Positions 1-8,399 of a stretch of DNA of 47,858 bases are shown one piece after another. The notes below the pieces were generated by a model. That model made no database searches and was not told the DNA's origin. It saw only the letters and a list, made by a program, of their open reading frames with translations. The position numbers and the translations under genes were made by a program. Within the stretch, counting starts at the first letter, position 1. Every line of letters starts with the position of its first letter. The DNA comes from a virus, in IMG/VR virus record IMGVR_UViG_3300003309_000009, positions 1 to 47,858 of that record. One strand, 5' to 3'.

Positions 1-48
1 CACACGAGGAGCCTCCTCCCCGATAAGCGTTATGATTTCTTTAGCCAT
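1..48 (-). CDS. 5' end of a hypothetical gene running off the window (MAKEIITLIGEEAPRV...)
   Basis: ATG at 48 preceded by an AAGGA RBS, the GUAGGA hairpin and the promoter motif; frame open to the window edge. Confidence 0.7.
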   Translation of the reverse strand, partial: MAKEIITLIGEEAPRV

Positions 49-87
49 ATCGCTATTTCCTTTTTATTAAAAAGAAAGAATAATTAA

Positions 88-107
88 TGATACTTCCTAC
101 AGCATCA
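88..107 (-). promoter_or_regulatory. GUAGGA-loop leader hairpin
   Basis: UGAUGCU-GUAGGA-AGUAUCA. Confidence 0.8.
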
Positions 108-112
108 CATTA

Positions 113-138
113 GTAATATGTCATTAATAAATCATTGA
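113..138 (-). promoter_or_regulatory. Putative early promoter
   Basis: TCAATGATT-N8-ACATATTAC; resembles the phiKZ early motif TATATTAC. Confidence 0.75.
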
Positions 139-147
139 ATACAAAAA

Positions 148-175
148 ATAAAGGGATCCCGAAGGATCCCTTTAT
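148..175 (-). terminator. Intrinsic terminator
   Basis: ATAAAGGGATCC-TTCG-GGATCCCTTTAT plus T-run, directly after the stop of 180..1400. Confidence 0.9.
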
Positions 176-179
176 AGGT

Positions 180-1400
180 TTATTGATTATCGATAGCGTG
201 CTTAGCTAGATCAAAGATATTTAAGCCAGCGAGGTTATGACAGCAGATTGCCGTGTCAGGATACCAGCCCAGTGTCCAGACACCACCATTAGATTTAATT
301 GTTTCTAAATTCACTTCACCCACAAGATCAGTATCTTCAGGGTAGCCGATAGAAAGCATATCAAACACATCATCAAATGGAGTCCAGTGAATTTCTAGCG
401 AAACACTGTACTGCGGAAGCTCCAAACTTTTCAAATATGATAGTCCTACCAAATCAAACACACCATCACGAGTATCTGATACATATTCTTTACCACCGAC
501 GTTAACTATCCAAAAACTATTATTTTGAATACATTTAGTAACGCAGTTTCCGTCAAGAACAACGCTCCCTTTTGATTTGCTCAAAAGTCGACTAGCTTCC
601 TTTTCCGGAGCACCATAACTATTCTTATGATCATTATGCGTTATGCTCAATGGTCCGAGTGGTCGAATGTCCGGAGCCTTATTTTCATCAAGGCTCTTTA
701 TTGACTGTGATGTGGGTCCGACCATAATGACATTTGCTTTTCTAAAGAATACTGCAAAGTCAGCAAAGTCATCACCGGCCAAAGCAGTTAGTACCGGAGA
801 GGCTTCAACAGTTCGGATAACTTTAAAAAAGACCTCTGTGTCCCCAACCATCCCAATGAGCTTTTTATGGAGAACTTTGATATCACCTTCACAAAGTTCT
901 TTCTGACGCTCAATGAAAACACGAAATACATTGACATTATGCTGGTTAATACCAGTAGCGAAATGTTCTGAAATATCAACACTCCCAACATTGGCTTCCA
1001 GTATATTGTTAGTCATAGTGGATAAAACTTTTTCTGCATTGCGCGCCGAAAGTCTTGCAAAGTCAAAGATATCATCAAACTCTTCCAAGTCTTCAATATC
1101 AACTTCGGTTAAACCCTGATCTTCACCAAGGACTAACATACTCACAGCACTACTTAAACGTTCACCAAGAAGACGCAGGTTGTCTTCCGTTAGCGCACCG
1201 TTTAAACTATCACGATTTAATAACATACGTGCCATCTTAGTTAAGCGATTTACGTTGTTTAATAAATCAGGGTAGTTTTGCAACGGACCAAGGATACCAG
1301 CTGCCTTATAATTGAAGACATCAAGCATTTCTTTCCATTGTAGGCTATTAAACTCACTAAGAGTAAAGGCCTTATTATAGTCTAAATTGAGCTCGCTCAT
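180..1400 (-). CDS. Hypothetical protein, N-terminus paralogous to 1639..2400
   Basis: 406-aa ORF, AAGGA RBS; shared N-terminal pattern. Confidence 0.85.
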   Translation of the reverse strand: MSELNLDYNKAFTLSEFNSLQWKEMLDVFNYKAAGILGPLQNYPDLLNNVNRLTKMARMLLNRDSLNGALTEDNLRLLGERLSSAVSMLVLGEDQGLTEVDIEDLEEFDDIFDFARLSARNAEKVLSTMTNNILEANVGSVDISEHFATGINQHNVNVFRVFIERQKELCEGDIKVLHKKLIGMVGDTEVFFKVIRTVEASPVLTALAGDDFADFAVFFRKANVIMVGPTSQSIKSLDENKAPDIRPLGPLSITHNDHKNSYGAPEKEASRLLSKSKGSVVLDGNCVTKCIQNNSFWIVNVGGKEYVSDTRDGVFDLVGLSYLKSLELPQYSVSLEIHWTPFDDVFDMLSIGYPEDTDLVGEVNLETIKSNGGVWTLGWYPDTAICCHNLAGLNIFDLAKHAIDNQ

Positions 1401-1440
1401 TGTTTTATTCCTTACAAGGGGTTTTAGATAAATAAATGAG

Positions 1441-1464
1441 GACAGTACATCCTACAATACTGTC
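1441..1464 (-). promoter_or_regulatory. GUAGGA-loop leader hairpin
   Basis: GACAGUAU-U-GUAGGA-U-GUACUGUC. Confidence 0.75.
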
Positions 1465-1478
1465 TCCCATGGATTACG

Positions 1479-1628
1479 TTATTTTTGTGGACGAGGGATG
1501 ATACCGGCGGACTGCAACATACGAAGACGCTCGCGGGTTTCTTCATCGAAAGATTTCACCGTTTTAGATCGTGGTATTATACCACGATCTAGTCGTCCCT
1601 TTTTACGCGGTACGTATTTTTCATACAT
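1479..1628 (-). CDS. Small basic hypothetical protein (49 aa)
   Basis: ATG at 1628 just after the upstream stop, AGGT RBS; K/R-rich with GIIPR twice. Confidence 0.65.
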   Translation of the reverse strand: MYEKYVPRKKGRLDRGIIPRSKTVKSFDEETRERLRMLQSAGIIPRPQK

Positions 1629-1638
1629 AGCGCAATAC

Positions 1639-2400
1639 CTACGCAAGAACGCGGTAGAAGTTAAAGACGTTTGCCAAATCCGGATCAATCACATTGTCAC
1701 TAAAAGCTTCGATGCGATCAATCAGGTCTACCATTCTATCAAGGTCATGGCAACGATCTTTAAGCTCATCATGGTAGTCTTTTTCATTAGCACCACACCA
1801 GAGCATTAGCTCTTCAAAGTAATGATTAAGGACATGAATAGTTTCTTCATTGACCACATCATCATTGAAGATGACTAATGGACCTGCGCCAGTCATGGCG
1901 AGACGCTTAGCTTTATGCTTCGCCTTACAAGCACCGCCGGTGATTGTCCTAAGTACATCTGATAGACCGCGTGGAATGTCATCAGGTTTACCAATTAGTA
2001 GGTCATTCATCGCCATCAGTCCGGGAGGTGGATTCTGAATAGCACGAGACGCACTCTCACTAAATAGAGTATCATCTGCGGTGATAACGTCATCAAACTC
2101 TACCAAGATAATACTCTGCCTGCCATCATAACCTAATAGCGATTCTTCGGTAAGCTCGATTACGCGCTTACCAATCTGAGACATGTTGTCCTCAGATAGA
2201 ATTTCCGAAGGCTTCGTGTTTACTTCAAAAAGAATATATACAAGGCACTTAGTGGTAACACCCAGCATGGTCATATCTTTTAATTTAGGTAAAATCTTAC
2301 TTACCTTGTGATTAACAACAGCCGTCAGTTGATCTTTTGATAAAGACTTTAAGTCTTCCAAAGAATAGTTACAGTCAAGTGATTTTTCAGTATCGCTCAT
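1639..2400 (-). CDS. Hypothetical protein, paralogue of 180..1400
   Basis: 253-aa ORF, AGGAG RBS. Confidence 0.85.
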   Translation of the reverse strand: MSDTEKSLDCNYSLEDLKSLSKDQLTAVVNHKVSKILPKLKDMTMLGVTTKCLVYILFEVNTKPSEILSEDNMSQIGKRVIELTEESLLGYDGRQSIILVEFDDVITADDTLFSESASRAIQNPPPGLMAMNDLLIGKPDDIPRGLSDVLRTITGGACKAKHKAKRLAMTGAGPLVIFNDDVVNEETIHVLNHYFEELMLWCGANEKDYHDELKDRCHDLDRMVDLIDRIEAFSDNVIDPDLANVFNFYRVLA

Positions 2401-2406
2401 TGTTTT

Positions 2407-2423
2407 ATTACTCCTACAGTAAT
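2407..2423 (-). promoter_or_regulatory. GUAGGA hairpin overlapping the Shine-Dalgarno
   Basis: AUUAC-UGUAGGA-GUAAU, 6 nt before the ATG at 2400. Confidence 0.65.
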
Positions 2424-2442
2424 TTAATTGTTTATTGACTTG

Positions 2443-2889
2443 CTAAGAAGCCAGATTTAGATGATGTACGTTATTATCTTGCATATCGCCCGTATATTTT
2501 TTTAATTCCGACAATAACTTCTCAGCAGTTACCTTCCCCGCGCCCAAAGTAGTGCCGTCGGCAGATTTATCAGCTAACAGTCCCCAAATTCTAGCCTGTC
2601 GAATTTTATCTACAACAGATCCTTCTAATACGACATCTAGATCCTCGGTTGTACTACCGTAGGCTGCAATCCATGAAAGTCTATCATTGACCGCAATCAA
2701 ACTATCGCGTCTTAACATACCAGCGAGATCCATCGCATCTACCGTGCTTTCACGAACTAACTTTTGTAGCGCCAGTAGGTAGGTACAAAGGCCGCCCGTG
2801 GTTTTCAAAAGTTTTATACTCGATTTGATATCTTTGTTAATTAAACAACAAATATCATCATTCCATGTATCTTTACCTAATATTGTCAT
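2443..2889 (-). CDS. Hypothetical protein
   Basis: 148-aa ORF with GGAG RBS, first gene after the promoter at 2947-2972. Confidence 0.8.
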   Translation of the reverse strand: MTILGKDTWNDDICCLINKDIKSSIKLLKTTGGLCTYLLALQKLVRESTVDAMDLAGMLRRDSLIAVNDRLSWIAAYGSTTEDLDVVLEGSVVDKIRQARIWGLLADKSADGTTLGAGKVTAEKLLSELKKYTGDMQDNNVHHLNLAS

Positions 2890-2920
2890 AGCAATTCTCC
2901 AGTTTTTCCATTTAATATTT

Positions 2921-2940
2921 AGACAGTTCCTACACCATCC
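2921..2940 (-). promoter_or_regulatory. GUAGGA-loop leader hairpin
   Basis: GGAUGGU-GUAGGA-ACUGUCU (three G-U pairs). Confidence 0.7.
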
Positions 2941-2946
2941 ATTAGG

Positions 2947-2972
2947 GTAATATGTATTTTTAGAATCACTGA
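2947..2972 (-). promoter_or_regulatory. Putative early promoter
   Basis: TCAGTGATT-N8-ACATATTAC. Confidence 0.75.
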
Positions 2973-2980
2973 TTGCGATA

Positions 2981-3010
2981 TAATGGCTGTCCTGGTGAGG
3001 ACAGCCATTA
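2981..3010 (-). terminator. Stem-loop, probable terminator of the spike transcript
   Basis: 13-bp perfect stem, 4-nt loop; weak U-tract. Confidence 0.65.
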
Positions 3011-3061
3011 GTTATTTAAATGCTAGGTCGAATATCCATGATAGACACCCCCATTACCAGT

Positions 3062-3181
3062 TTAACTCATTGGCACGCTTAATAATGCGTTTAATTGCTT
3101 CACGTCTAGAACGTTTTCCCTTGTTTCAAATTTAAGAACTTTAGCAGATTCTTTTTCTTTTACACTCTTAGACTTATCCAT
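3062..3181 (-). CDS. Small basic protein (39 aa as written; possibly frameshifted)
   Basis: AGAGGA RBS and ATG at 3181; an alternative -1-frame tail ends at 3054. Confidence 0.5.
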   Translation of the reverse strand: MDKSKSVKEKESAKVLKFETRENVLDVKQLNALLSVPMS

Positions 3182-3194
3182 CGGAATCCTCTTA

Positions 3195-4340
3195 TTAAGT
3201 ATCGATTAAATGTAGGTCTTGCGTTACATTGTTCCAGGTAGGACTCTGTAAGTCCGATGCGGTAACCGGCTTTGTACAAGTTAACGGCATGTTAATGACA
3301 GCACTGGCACCTCCACCACCCGATCCTGGTGCTGCTGATATTCCGCCTAAGATAGCCACCGCCCCTGTTAAACCAATTGATGGTGATGTAACAGTATAGG
3401 TGCCGCTGGCTACAACATTCCCAGTTGTACAGGTTAAGCTATAACTCTGCGTAGTAATCTCATAATTACTACTTGCTGTCATACTAATGTTTTCTGCAGT
3501 TACAGTATAATTACCAGTAGTAGCTTCTGTTCTACTACCTTTAACAGTTTCAGACTTATCACCATCCACATGTAAAGTATCGTTACCTTGGATTGTAGTA
3601 GTTCTATCACCTCCTACAATCTCAGTATAATTTCTACCAACCTCAACTAACATATCCCGGTTACATTTAGTATGAATATCTCTAGGTGCAAAGGCAATGA
3701 TATCTTCTTTATCTAAACTAAGGTGAGTATTATCTTTATTTCTAAAGGTAATCTTAGTATTCTTAGTGTCTAACTGGATAATGTTTCCTACATCATCACT
3801 AGCTGTGATATGCCCCTTACCAGTGTTAATTTGAATCTTGTAACGACAGTGCTCGCCATTATCTTTACTGGTATGAAGAGTGATCATTTGAGAAATTGTA
3901 TCAACGGTCAAATAGTAGTGATTATTGTCGTTAATCTCAATATCTGTATCACTACCTTCAGAACTAGCGTTCCAACTCCATACAATGCGTTCTCCGCGTC
4001 TTTTCTCATCATCCCTACCCAATGGACTCCACCAGTACCTTTCGCTGTTACAGGTCGTATAGATCATTACCTGCTCACCTGCTTTTACATTAGGTGCAGT
4101 GCGTCTATTTGTTTCACCAACCCATTCAGCTAGAACACTCATTCCAGAATCAAGTTCTATAGAGAATACCTTTCCAGTACTATCAGTAACCTTCCGATTA
4201 ATAGGTGATACTTTATCAGTAATGGTGCCTTCGAAGAAAGGAAACATTTCATAGGGGAAGACCTCAATCATCTTACTATCGTCTTCTTTATCTGCCGCCA
4301 CAATACCAATAGAGTAAGGGCGAAAATTAGATATTTCCAT
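3195..4340 (-). CDS. Baseplate central spike, gp5/VgrG-like (phiKZ gp164-like)
   Basis: N-terminal SIGIVAADK and APNVKAGEQV OB-fold-like region; C-terminal 8-residue VxG repeats (VGRNYTEIVGGDRTTTIQGNDTLHVDGD) typical of the gp5 beta-helix. Confidence 0.85.
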   Translation of the reverse strand: MEISNFRPYSIGIVAADKEDDSKMIEVFPYEMFPFFEGTITDKVSPINRKVTDSTGKVFSIELDSGMSVLAEWVGETNRRTAPNVKAGEQVMIYTTCNSERYWWSPLGRDDEKRRGERIVWSWNASSEGSDTDIEINDNNHYYLTVDTISQMITLHTSKDNGEHCRYKIQINTGKGHITASDDVGNIIQLDTKNTKITFRNKDNTHLSLDKEDIIAFAPRDIHTKCNRDMLVEVGRNYTEIVGGDRTTTIQGNDTLHVDGDKSETVKGSRTEATTGNYTVTAENISMTASSNYEITTQSYSLTCTTGNVVASGTYTVTSPSIGLTGAVAILGGISAAPGSGGGGASAVINMPLTCTKPVTASDLQSPTWNNVTQDLHLIDT

Positions 4341-4395
4341 AGGTGTTCCACATCAATTATTTTTCGTATACGATTTGCTTTTTTGGTGAAAAAAA

Positions 4396-4422
4396 AAATA
4401 GAGTCCCATTGGGACTCTATTT
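4396..4422 (-). terminator. Intrinsic terminator
   Basis: AAATAGAGTCCC-N3-GGGACTCTATTT plus a long T-run. Confidence 0.9.
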
Positions 4423-4424
4423 GG

Positions 4425-5777
4425 TTAAGGAAAATCTACGTATTGCATTTCACCATCAAAAGTATCATACACTTCTTTCAGCGTTTCAACATCGGCTTCG
4501 ATGTTAGAAATATCAATAGAGTCTACAGCACCTGCGTTCTTTGGTAAGGTATCCAAAGCGACACATGTCTCTAATTTGATGCAGAGAGAAGTTTTTGACT
4601 TAACATGTTCCAATAGAGAGATGAGTTTTTCCATAATGGCGTTATAGGTAGATGAAAAGAATAACCAGATGGATGTTCTTTTACCAGGCTCTAACACATT
4701 ATAAAACCCCTTCATAGCAGACAATGTCACTAGGGTCTGTTGGAAAACTTTATACTCAGGAACATACTCACCTTCCGACTCAGGACTTTCGGCCTTCAAT
4801 GTCAGAAGATGCTGAACATTATGGAGTTCCATAAGTAGCACCTCTGACATGGCTGTAACCGCCCCGGTAGCGTGTGTGGATAAGGTGATATGCGCGCTAC
4901 TATACATCTCACAAATGAGTCTGCTGGCAGTCAGCTTCTTAGTCACCACATCGGGAAAAATTACAAACCGCGCTGTCCCTAAAAGGGACTCATGTCCATC
5001 ATCTATATCTAAAGATAGTATTTCTTTACAACCATCTGCAATATAGCTCTTCGTTGACAATGTTGCTAAGCTCCGCACTCTTCCGAAGTTTAAAAATTCA
5101 GTCACCGTGTAATCGTAGATAGTCGTTGCAAATACACTCAATAGATTACAAAAGGCAACCGCAACTGGACAACCAACAGTATCCTTTTGATAATTACCTT
5201 TTTCAAGGATTTCTTTCTTGAAGTAAACATATTCGTCGACCATGCAAACTTCCAAGGTATCTGCATCGAGAATTCTACTCGCTAAATCATTCATCTCGGC
5301 CACTAGTCTTAAAGAAGACTTCTCTCCGCCAATTGTAAATTCAGTAGCAGAGTTAATATCGGTATTAACATGAATGACTGGTCGTGTGTTAGCCTGTACA
5401 AACTGGAGGTCATTTGATACCGCATCCTTTGTAACCAGCGTTAAGTTTCGACTAATGTATTTAGCAGTACCAACTTTACTTTCGATTAGCATAGCAAAAA
5501 GCTCATTTGTCGTAAATGACTTCCCTAAAAGCTTGCGTGATTCAATTTCAGTTACAGCCATATCCTTAATGACATTAAGGACTTCATTGTATTCCTTGGT
5601 TAGCTTACGACCCAATAACTGAAGTAACTCATTAAGCTCTTCGATATCTATTCCACTCGGAATTGATATTTCCTCTAGAGACTTATGAGACTCTAAAGAG
5701 TATTGGTGAATCGATTTACCAATTTCCTCAGACGATAAACTGTCGTCTGATAAAAGTTTCTTTAAATAACTATTCAT
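4425..5777 (-). CDS. Hypothetical protein
   Basis: 450-aa ORF, AAGGA RBS; no recognisable domain. Confidence 0.85.
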   Translation of the reverse strand: MNSYLKKLLSDDSLSSEEIGKSIHQYSLESHKSLEEISIPSGIDIEELNELLQLLGRKLTKEYNEVLNVIKDMAVTEIESRKLLGKSFTTNELFAMLIESKVGTAKYISRNLTLVTKDAVSNDLQFVQANTRPVIHVNTDINSATEFTIGGEKSSLRLVAEMNDLASRILDADTLEVCMVDEYVYFKKEILEKGNYQKDTVGCPVAVAFCNLLSVFATTIYDYTVTEFLNFGRVRSLATLSTKSYIADGCKEILSLDIDDGHESLLGTARFVIFPDVVTKKLTASRLICEMYSSAHITLSTHATGAVTAMSEVLLMELHNVQHLLTLKAESPESEGEYVPEYKVFQQTLVTLSAMKGFYNVLEPGKRTSIWLFFSSTYNAIMEKLISLLEHVKSKTSLCIKLETCVALDTLPKNAGAVDSIDISNIEADVETLKEVYDTFDGEMQYVDFP

Positions 5778-5808
5778 GTTTATTTCCTTCCAGGGTTATA
5801 AAAAAATT

Positions 5809-5829
5809 AGGGGGTTTGTTAGACCCCCT
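5809..5829 (-). terminator. Putative intra-operon terminator
   Basis: AGGGGGT...ACCCCCT stem followed by AA and a T-run. Confidence 0.7.
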
Positions 5830-5838
5830 CGTAATAGA

Positions 5839-6198
5839 CTAAAGCTCGTTTACAATTTTACGGATCATAATAGAGCCATTTAACACTGCAACACCAGTAA
5901 TTACAGTTCTGTGATTCTCAATGAACTCTTCACCTTGTAACTCCGTCAACAGGACTTTAGTACATTCACCAAGGTCATGCGGCTCAACACCGCTATGAAT
6001 TTTGGTAACGACCGAGTCAAACCATTTCTGAAGTACGTGGGTGATCTTCTCACCCACTTCCAAGATTTCTGAGAAATCAACACCACCGCTATCATCATTT
6101 GTTTCCAGAAGCGTACTGGCGGATGATTCAATATCTTCCATAGTAACTTCATTAGACGACAGGGTGTCGAAGATCCTTTGTAACTTATCAACCAGCAT
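5839..6198 (-). CDS. Hypothetical acidic protein
   Basis: 119-aa ORF, TAAGGA RBS. Confidence 0.8.
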   Translation of the reverse strand: MLVDKLQRIFDTLSSNEVTMEDIESSASTLLETNDDSGGVDFSEILEVGEKITHVLQKWFDSVVTKIHSGVEPHDLGECTKVLLTELQGEEFIENHRTVITGVAVLNGSIMIRKIVNEL

Positions 6199-6208
6199 AA
6201 TCTATTCC

Positions 6209-6850
6209 TTAAGCGGCCTTTTCTTCACGCATTGCTTTCTCAGCAAGGATTTCCAAAACCGTTGCCGATACTAAATCAGTCAAAGGGTTTTGAGGGTCAG
6301 CGATACCTGAGATTGTGGTGGTTTCATCACCTTCACGATTATAAACCACACGGTAAGTGTAGCTGCATTCGGATGGTTTTTTCTCACCATTAACATTATC
6401 AAGCATTCGGTAAACTGTACTACTTGTATGTTCAGTTTCAAGTTCTACAAGTTCAACATATTCAAGAAGACCATGTTCTTCCAAAATCATTCGATATTGT
6501 TTAAGAATCTCAGCGTCTTCGACAGGAGCACCTTTGCCGATTTTTAAATAAGATCCATCAAGGGCCCAATTAATTCCTTCATCAAGGTATCTTAGCGCAT
6601 CTTCAACTACCTCAGTAAATTTCAACTGACTACTATATGTATCAGAAAAAACACGATCAATGTTTTTAAGTTGTACAAGCATTTCACCAGTATCAAAGTC
6701 GTTATCAGATTGTCCCACGATAAACCAGCTATAGCCATCTTCACCACGTGGGCCAAGAAGAACATCGATAAGGGCGTATTCTCGAGCCTTATCTTCAATA
6801 GCATTTAATTTACGGTTTAGCTTTAATAGTTTTAGTTGTTGTTCACTCAT
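6209..6850 (-). CDS. Hypothetical protein
   Basis: 213-aa ORF, AGGAG RBS; possible paralogue of 6883..7497. Confidence 0.85.
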   Translation of the reverse strand: MSEQQLKLLKLNRKLNAIEDKAREYALIDVLLGPRGEDGYSWFIVGQSDNDFDTGEMLVQLKNIDRVFSDTYSSQLKFTEVVEDALRYLDEGINWALDGSYLKIGKGAPVEDAEILKQYRMILEEHGLLEYVELVELETEHTSSTVYRMLDNVNGEKKPSECSYTYRVVYNREGDETTTISGIADPQNPLTDLVSATVLEILAEKAMREEKAA

Positions 6851-6852
6851 GT

Positions 6853-6871
6853 CTATTCTCCTACTGAATAG
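6853..6871 (-). promoter_or_regulatory. GUAGGA hairpin overlapping the Shine-Dalgarno
   Basis: CUAUUC-AGUAGGA-GAAUAG, 2 nt before the ATG at 6850. Confidence 0.7.
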
Positions 6872-6882
6872 TTTTATTAAGT

Positions 6883-7497
6883 TTAAGGTGTTTTAATCAT
6901 AAGCGTGCTAATGATGCGATTGACCAATACTACTAGGTGATCCGCTTCAACTGTACACTTTATGTTAACGTGGGTTTTTTCACGAAAATTAATATTCGCG
7001 GTAGCACCACGATCAATTATAAAAATCTTGGTGTCGGGATTTTCTTTAAAATCACTGTTGTATGCAGACTCAATAACTTCATTTTTCCATTGTCTAATAC
7101 AGACGTCAATGAGAATACCTTCAAAACCATGCATTGCAATCAATTTATTTAATAAATTGATTGCGTTCTCACGGGTAATATCAGCAATAACTTTCTCACG
7201 AACCATTTCACCGAGATTATGAATAAGGGTATCGGCCTCTTGCAAAGTCAAAGATTTAAATTTACCTAGGATCTTTCCTTCATCTTTCAGAGGTAATTCT
7301 ACTGAAAGAATGTGTTCCAACCCATCTATGTTGATTTTATACCCATGACCTTCGGTATCAACAAGTACTTCCATCGAGTTTAATTTATCTTCAGGAAGGG
7401 CTTTAAAGTACATAGGGTATCGGGCCTTCAATTCCTTCTCCACTTCACTCAATTTTAAATTAAGATGAATTAGGTTTCTTTGAGTGGTTTCATTCAC
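6883..7497 (-). CDS. Hypothetical protein
   Basis: 204-aa ORF; GTG start overlapping the upstream TGA, GGAG RBS. Confidence 0.8.
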   Translation of the reverse strand: MNETTQRNLIHLNLKLSEVEKELKARYPMYFKALPEDKLNSMEVLVDTEGHGYKINIDGLEHILSVELPLKDEGKILGKFKSLTLQEADTLIHNLGEMVREKVIADITRENAINLLNKLIAMHGFEGILIDVCIRQWKNEVIESAYNSDFKENPDTKIFIIDRGATANINFREKTHVNIKCTVEADHLVVLVNRIISTLMIKTP

Positions 7498-8006
7498 GAT
7501 TCTGACTCCAGTAAATCACCAATGGTTTTCGGTGTATTTAGGTTATAGTAATTAAGACTGGCATTGAATAATTCTTCTGCCCGCTTATCATTTTTGTCAG
7601 TGCCATCGGCCATCATCACGGATCCTTTGAAATTATTCAACTGACCTTCGGTGATACCTTGTAGGACCAGCATGACCGTACGATAAGCTAATGTATCTCT
7701 TACATTTAATGGTAGTTCCGGATCTAAGGAAGTTAGAAAGTTATCAGCCTTACTAATCTTCTCAGTCAGATAACCATTAGGATAATCAATTAAGTGATCC
7801 GCATGTTCATACAGGCGTACCATTGTACTTGTGAAGACACCAAGGGCATTTGAAAACTCAGTACTGTGCCACGAGGTTTTCAACTCCTCTTCATTGTCTA
7901 AAATGATTACCGCTAACGCAATGGTTGTCGTAATCACAGCTTCTGCTGATTTTTCATCAGCAATAAACAGGTTATCAAGTAACCCGTTAAAATCAAATTT
8001 CATCAT
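7494..8006 (-). CDS. Hypothetical protein
   Basis: 170-aa ORF, AAGGA RBS. Confidence 0.8.
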   Translation of the reverse strand: MMKFDFNGLLDNLFIADEKSAEAVITTTIALAVIILDNEEELKTSWHSTEFSNALGVFTSTMVRLYEHADHLIDYPNGYLTEKISKADNFLTSLDPELPLNVRDTLAYRTVMLVLQGITEGQLNNFKGSVMMADGTDKNDKRAEELFNASLNYYNLNTPKTIGDLLESES

Positions 8007-8036
8007 AGCTCATTTCCTTTAGGTTTTAATAAATAA

Positions 8037-8054
8037 ACTCATTCCTACATGAGT
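8037..8054 (-). promoter_or_regulatory. GUAGGA-loop leader hairpin
   Basis: ACUCAU-GUAGGA-AUGAGU, perfect stem. Confidence 0.8.
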
Positions 8055-8087
8055 ATAGTGGGAGCCAGAGCGACTCCCATCAAAAAT

Positions 8088-8113
8088 ATAATATATAAAT
8101 AACATTTTACTGA
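8088..8113 (-). promoter_or_regulatory. Putative early promoter (variant)
   Basis: TCAGTAAAA-N8-ATATATTAT, same spacing as the other copies. Confidence 0.6.
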
Positions 8114-8116
8114 TTA

Positions 8117-8398
8117 CTAATAGTGGGGGTCTATTTTTAAAAACATCTCCACCTTTTCTTCCTTAGCCTTTAACAATGCATCATCAATGTGATACTCTAC
8201 ACCTAATTCAGCACACAGCATTCGGTACACCCCAAGTAAATCATGAATCTCCCCTCGCAGGGCATTTATATTAGTAGTAGTGGAACCCGGGGCTCTCGAC
8301 TTAGGTCCAAATCTAGATAGCTTACTAGAGGCTTTAATCACCTCACTACCTTCCTCACTAACAATCTGGGCGAGTTCTTTAACACGCATTTTATCCAT
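8117..8398 (-). CDS. MazG-like NTP pyrophosphohydrolase
   Basis: EExxEVIKAxSKLxRFG ... LxxEIxDL motif of small phage MazG-like proteins. Confidence 0.75.
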   Translation of the reverse strand: MDKMRVKELAQIVSEEGSEVIKASSKLSRFGPKSRAPGSTTTNINALRGEIHDLLGVYRMLCAELGVEYHIDDALLKAKEEKVEMFLKIDPHY

Positions 8399-8399
8399 T

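Larger units (their letters stand above)
91..184 (-). repeat. Terminator-promoter-leader hairpin cassette, copy 1
   Basis: Near-identical to 41700-41794 (2 substitutions, 1 indel, inverted 4-nt loop). Confidence 0.95.

Noticed and set aside
1631-1650. GTAGGT upstream of the 49-aa gene as a ninth GUAGGA hairpin
   Set aside because: Loop differs and there is no convincing stem; explained as an RBS overlapping the upstream stop.
4425-5777. SLE motifs near the N-terminus suggesting a processed head protein
   Set aside because: The tripeptide is too short to be diagnostic and the gene sits in an accessory block; left as hypothetical.
8059-8079. GC-rich hairpin as terminator of the sbcC-MazG unit
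   Set aside because: Lies downstream of the putative promoter and lacks a U-tract; more likely a 5' leader structure, not called.
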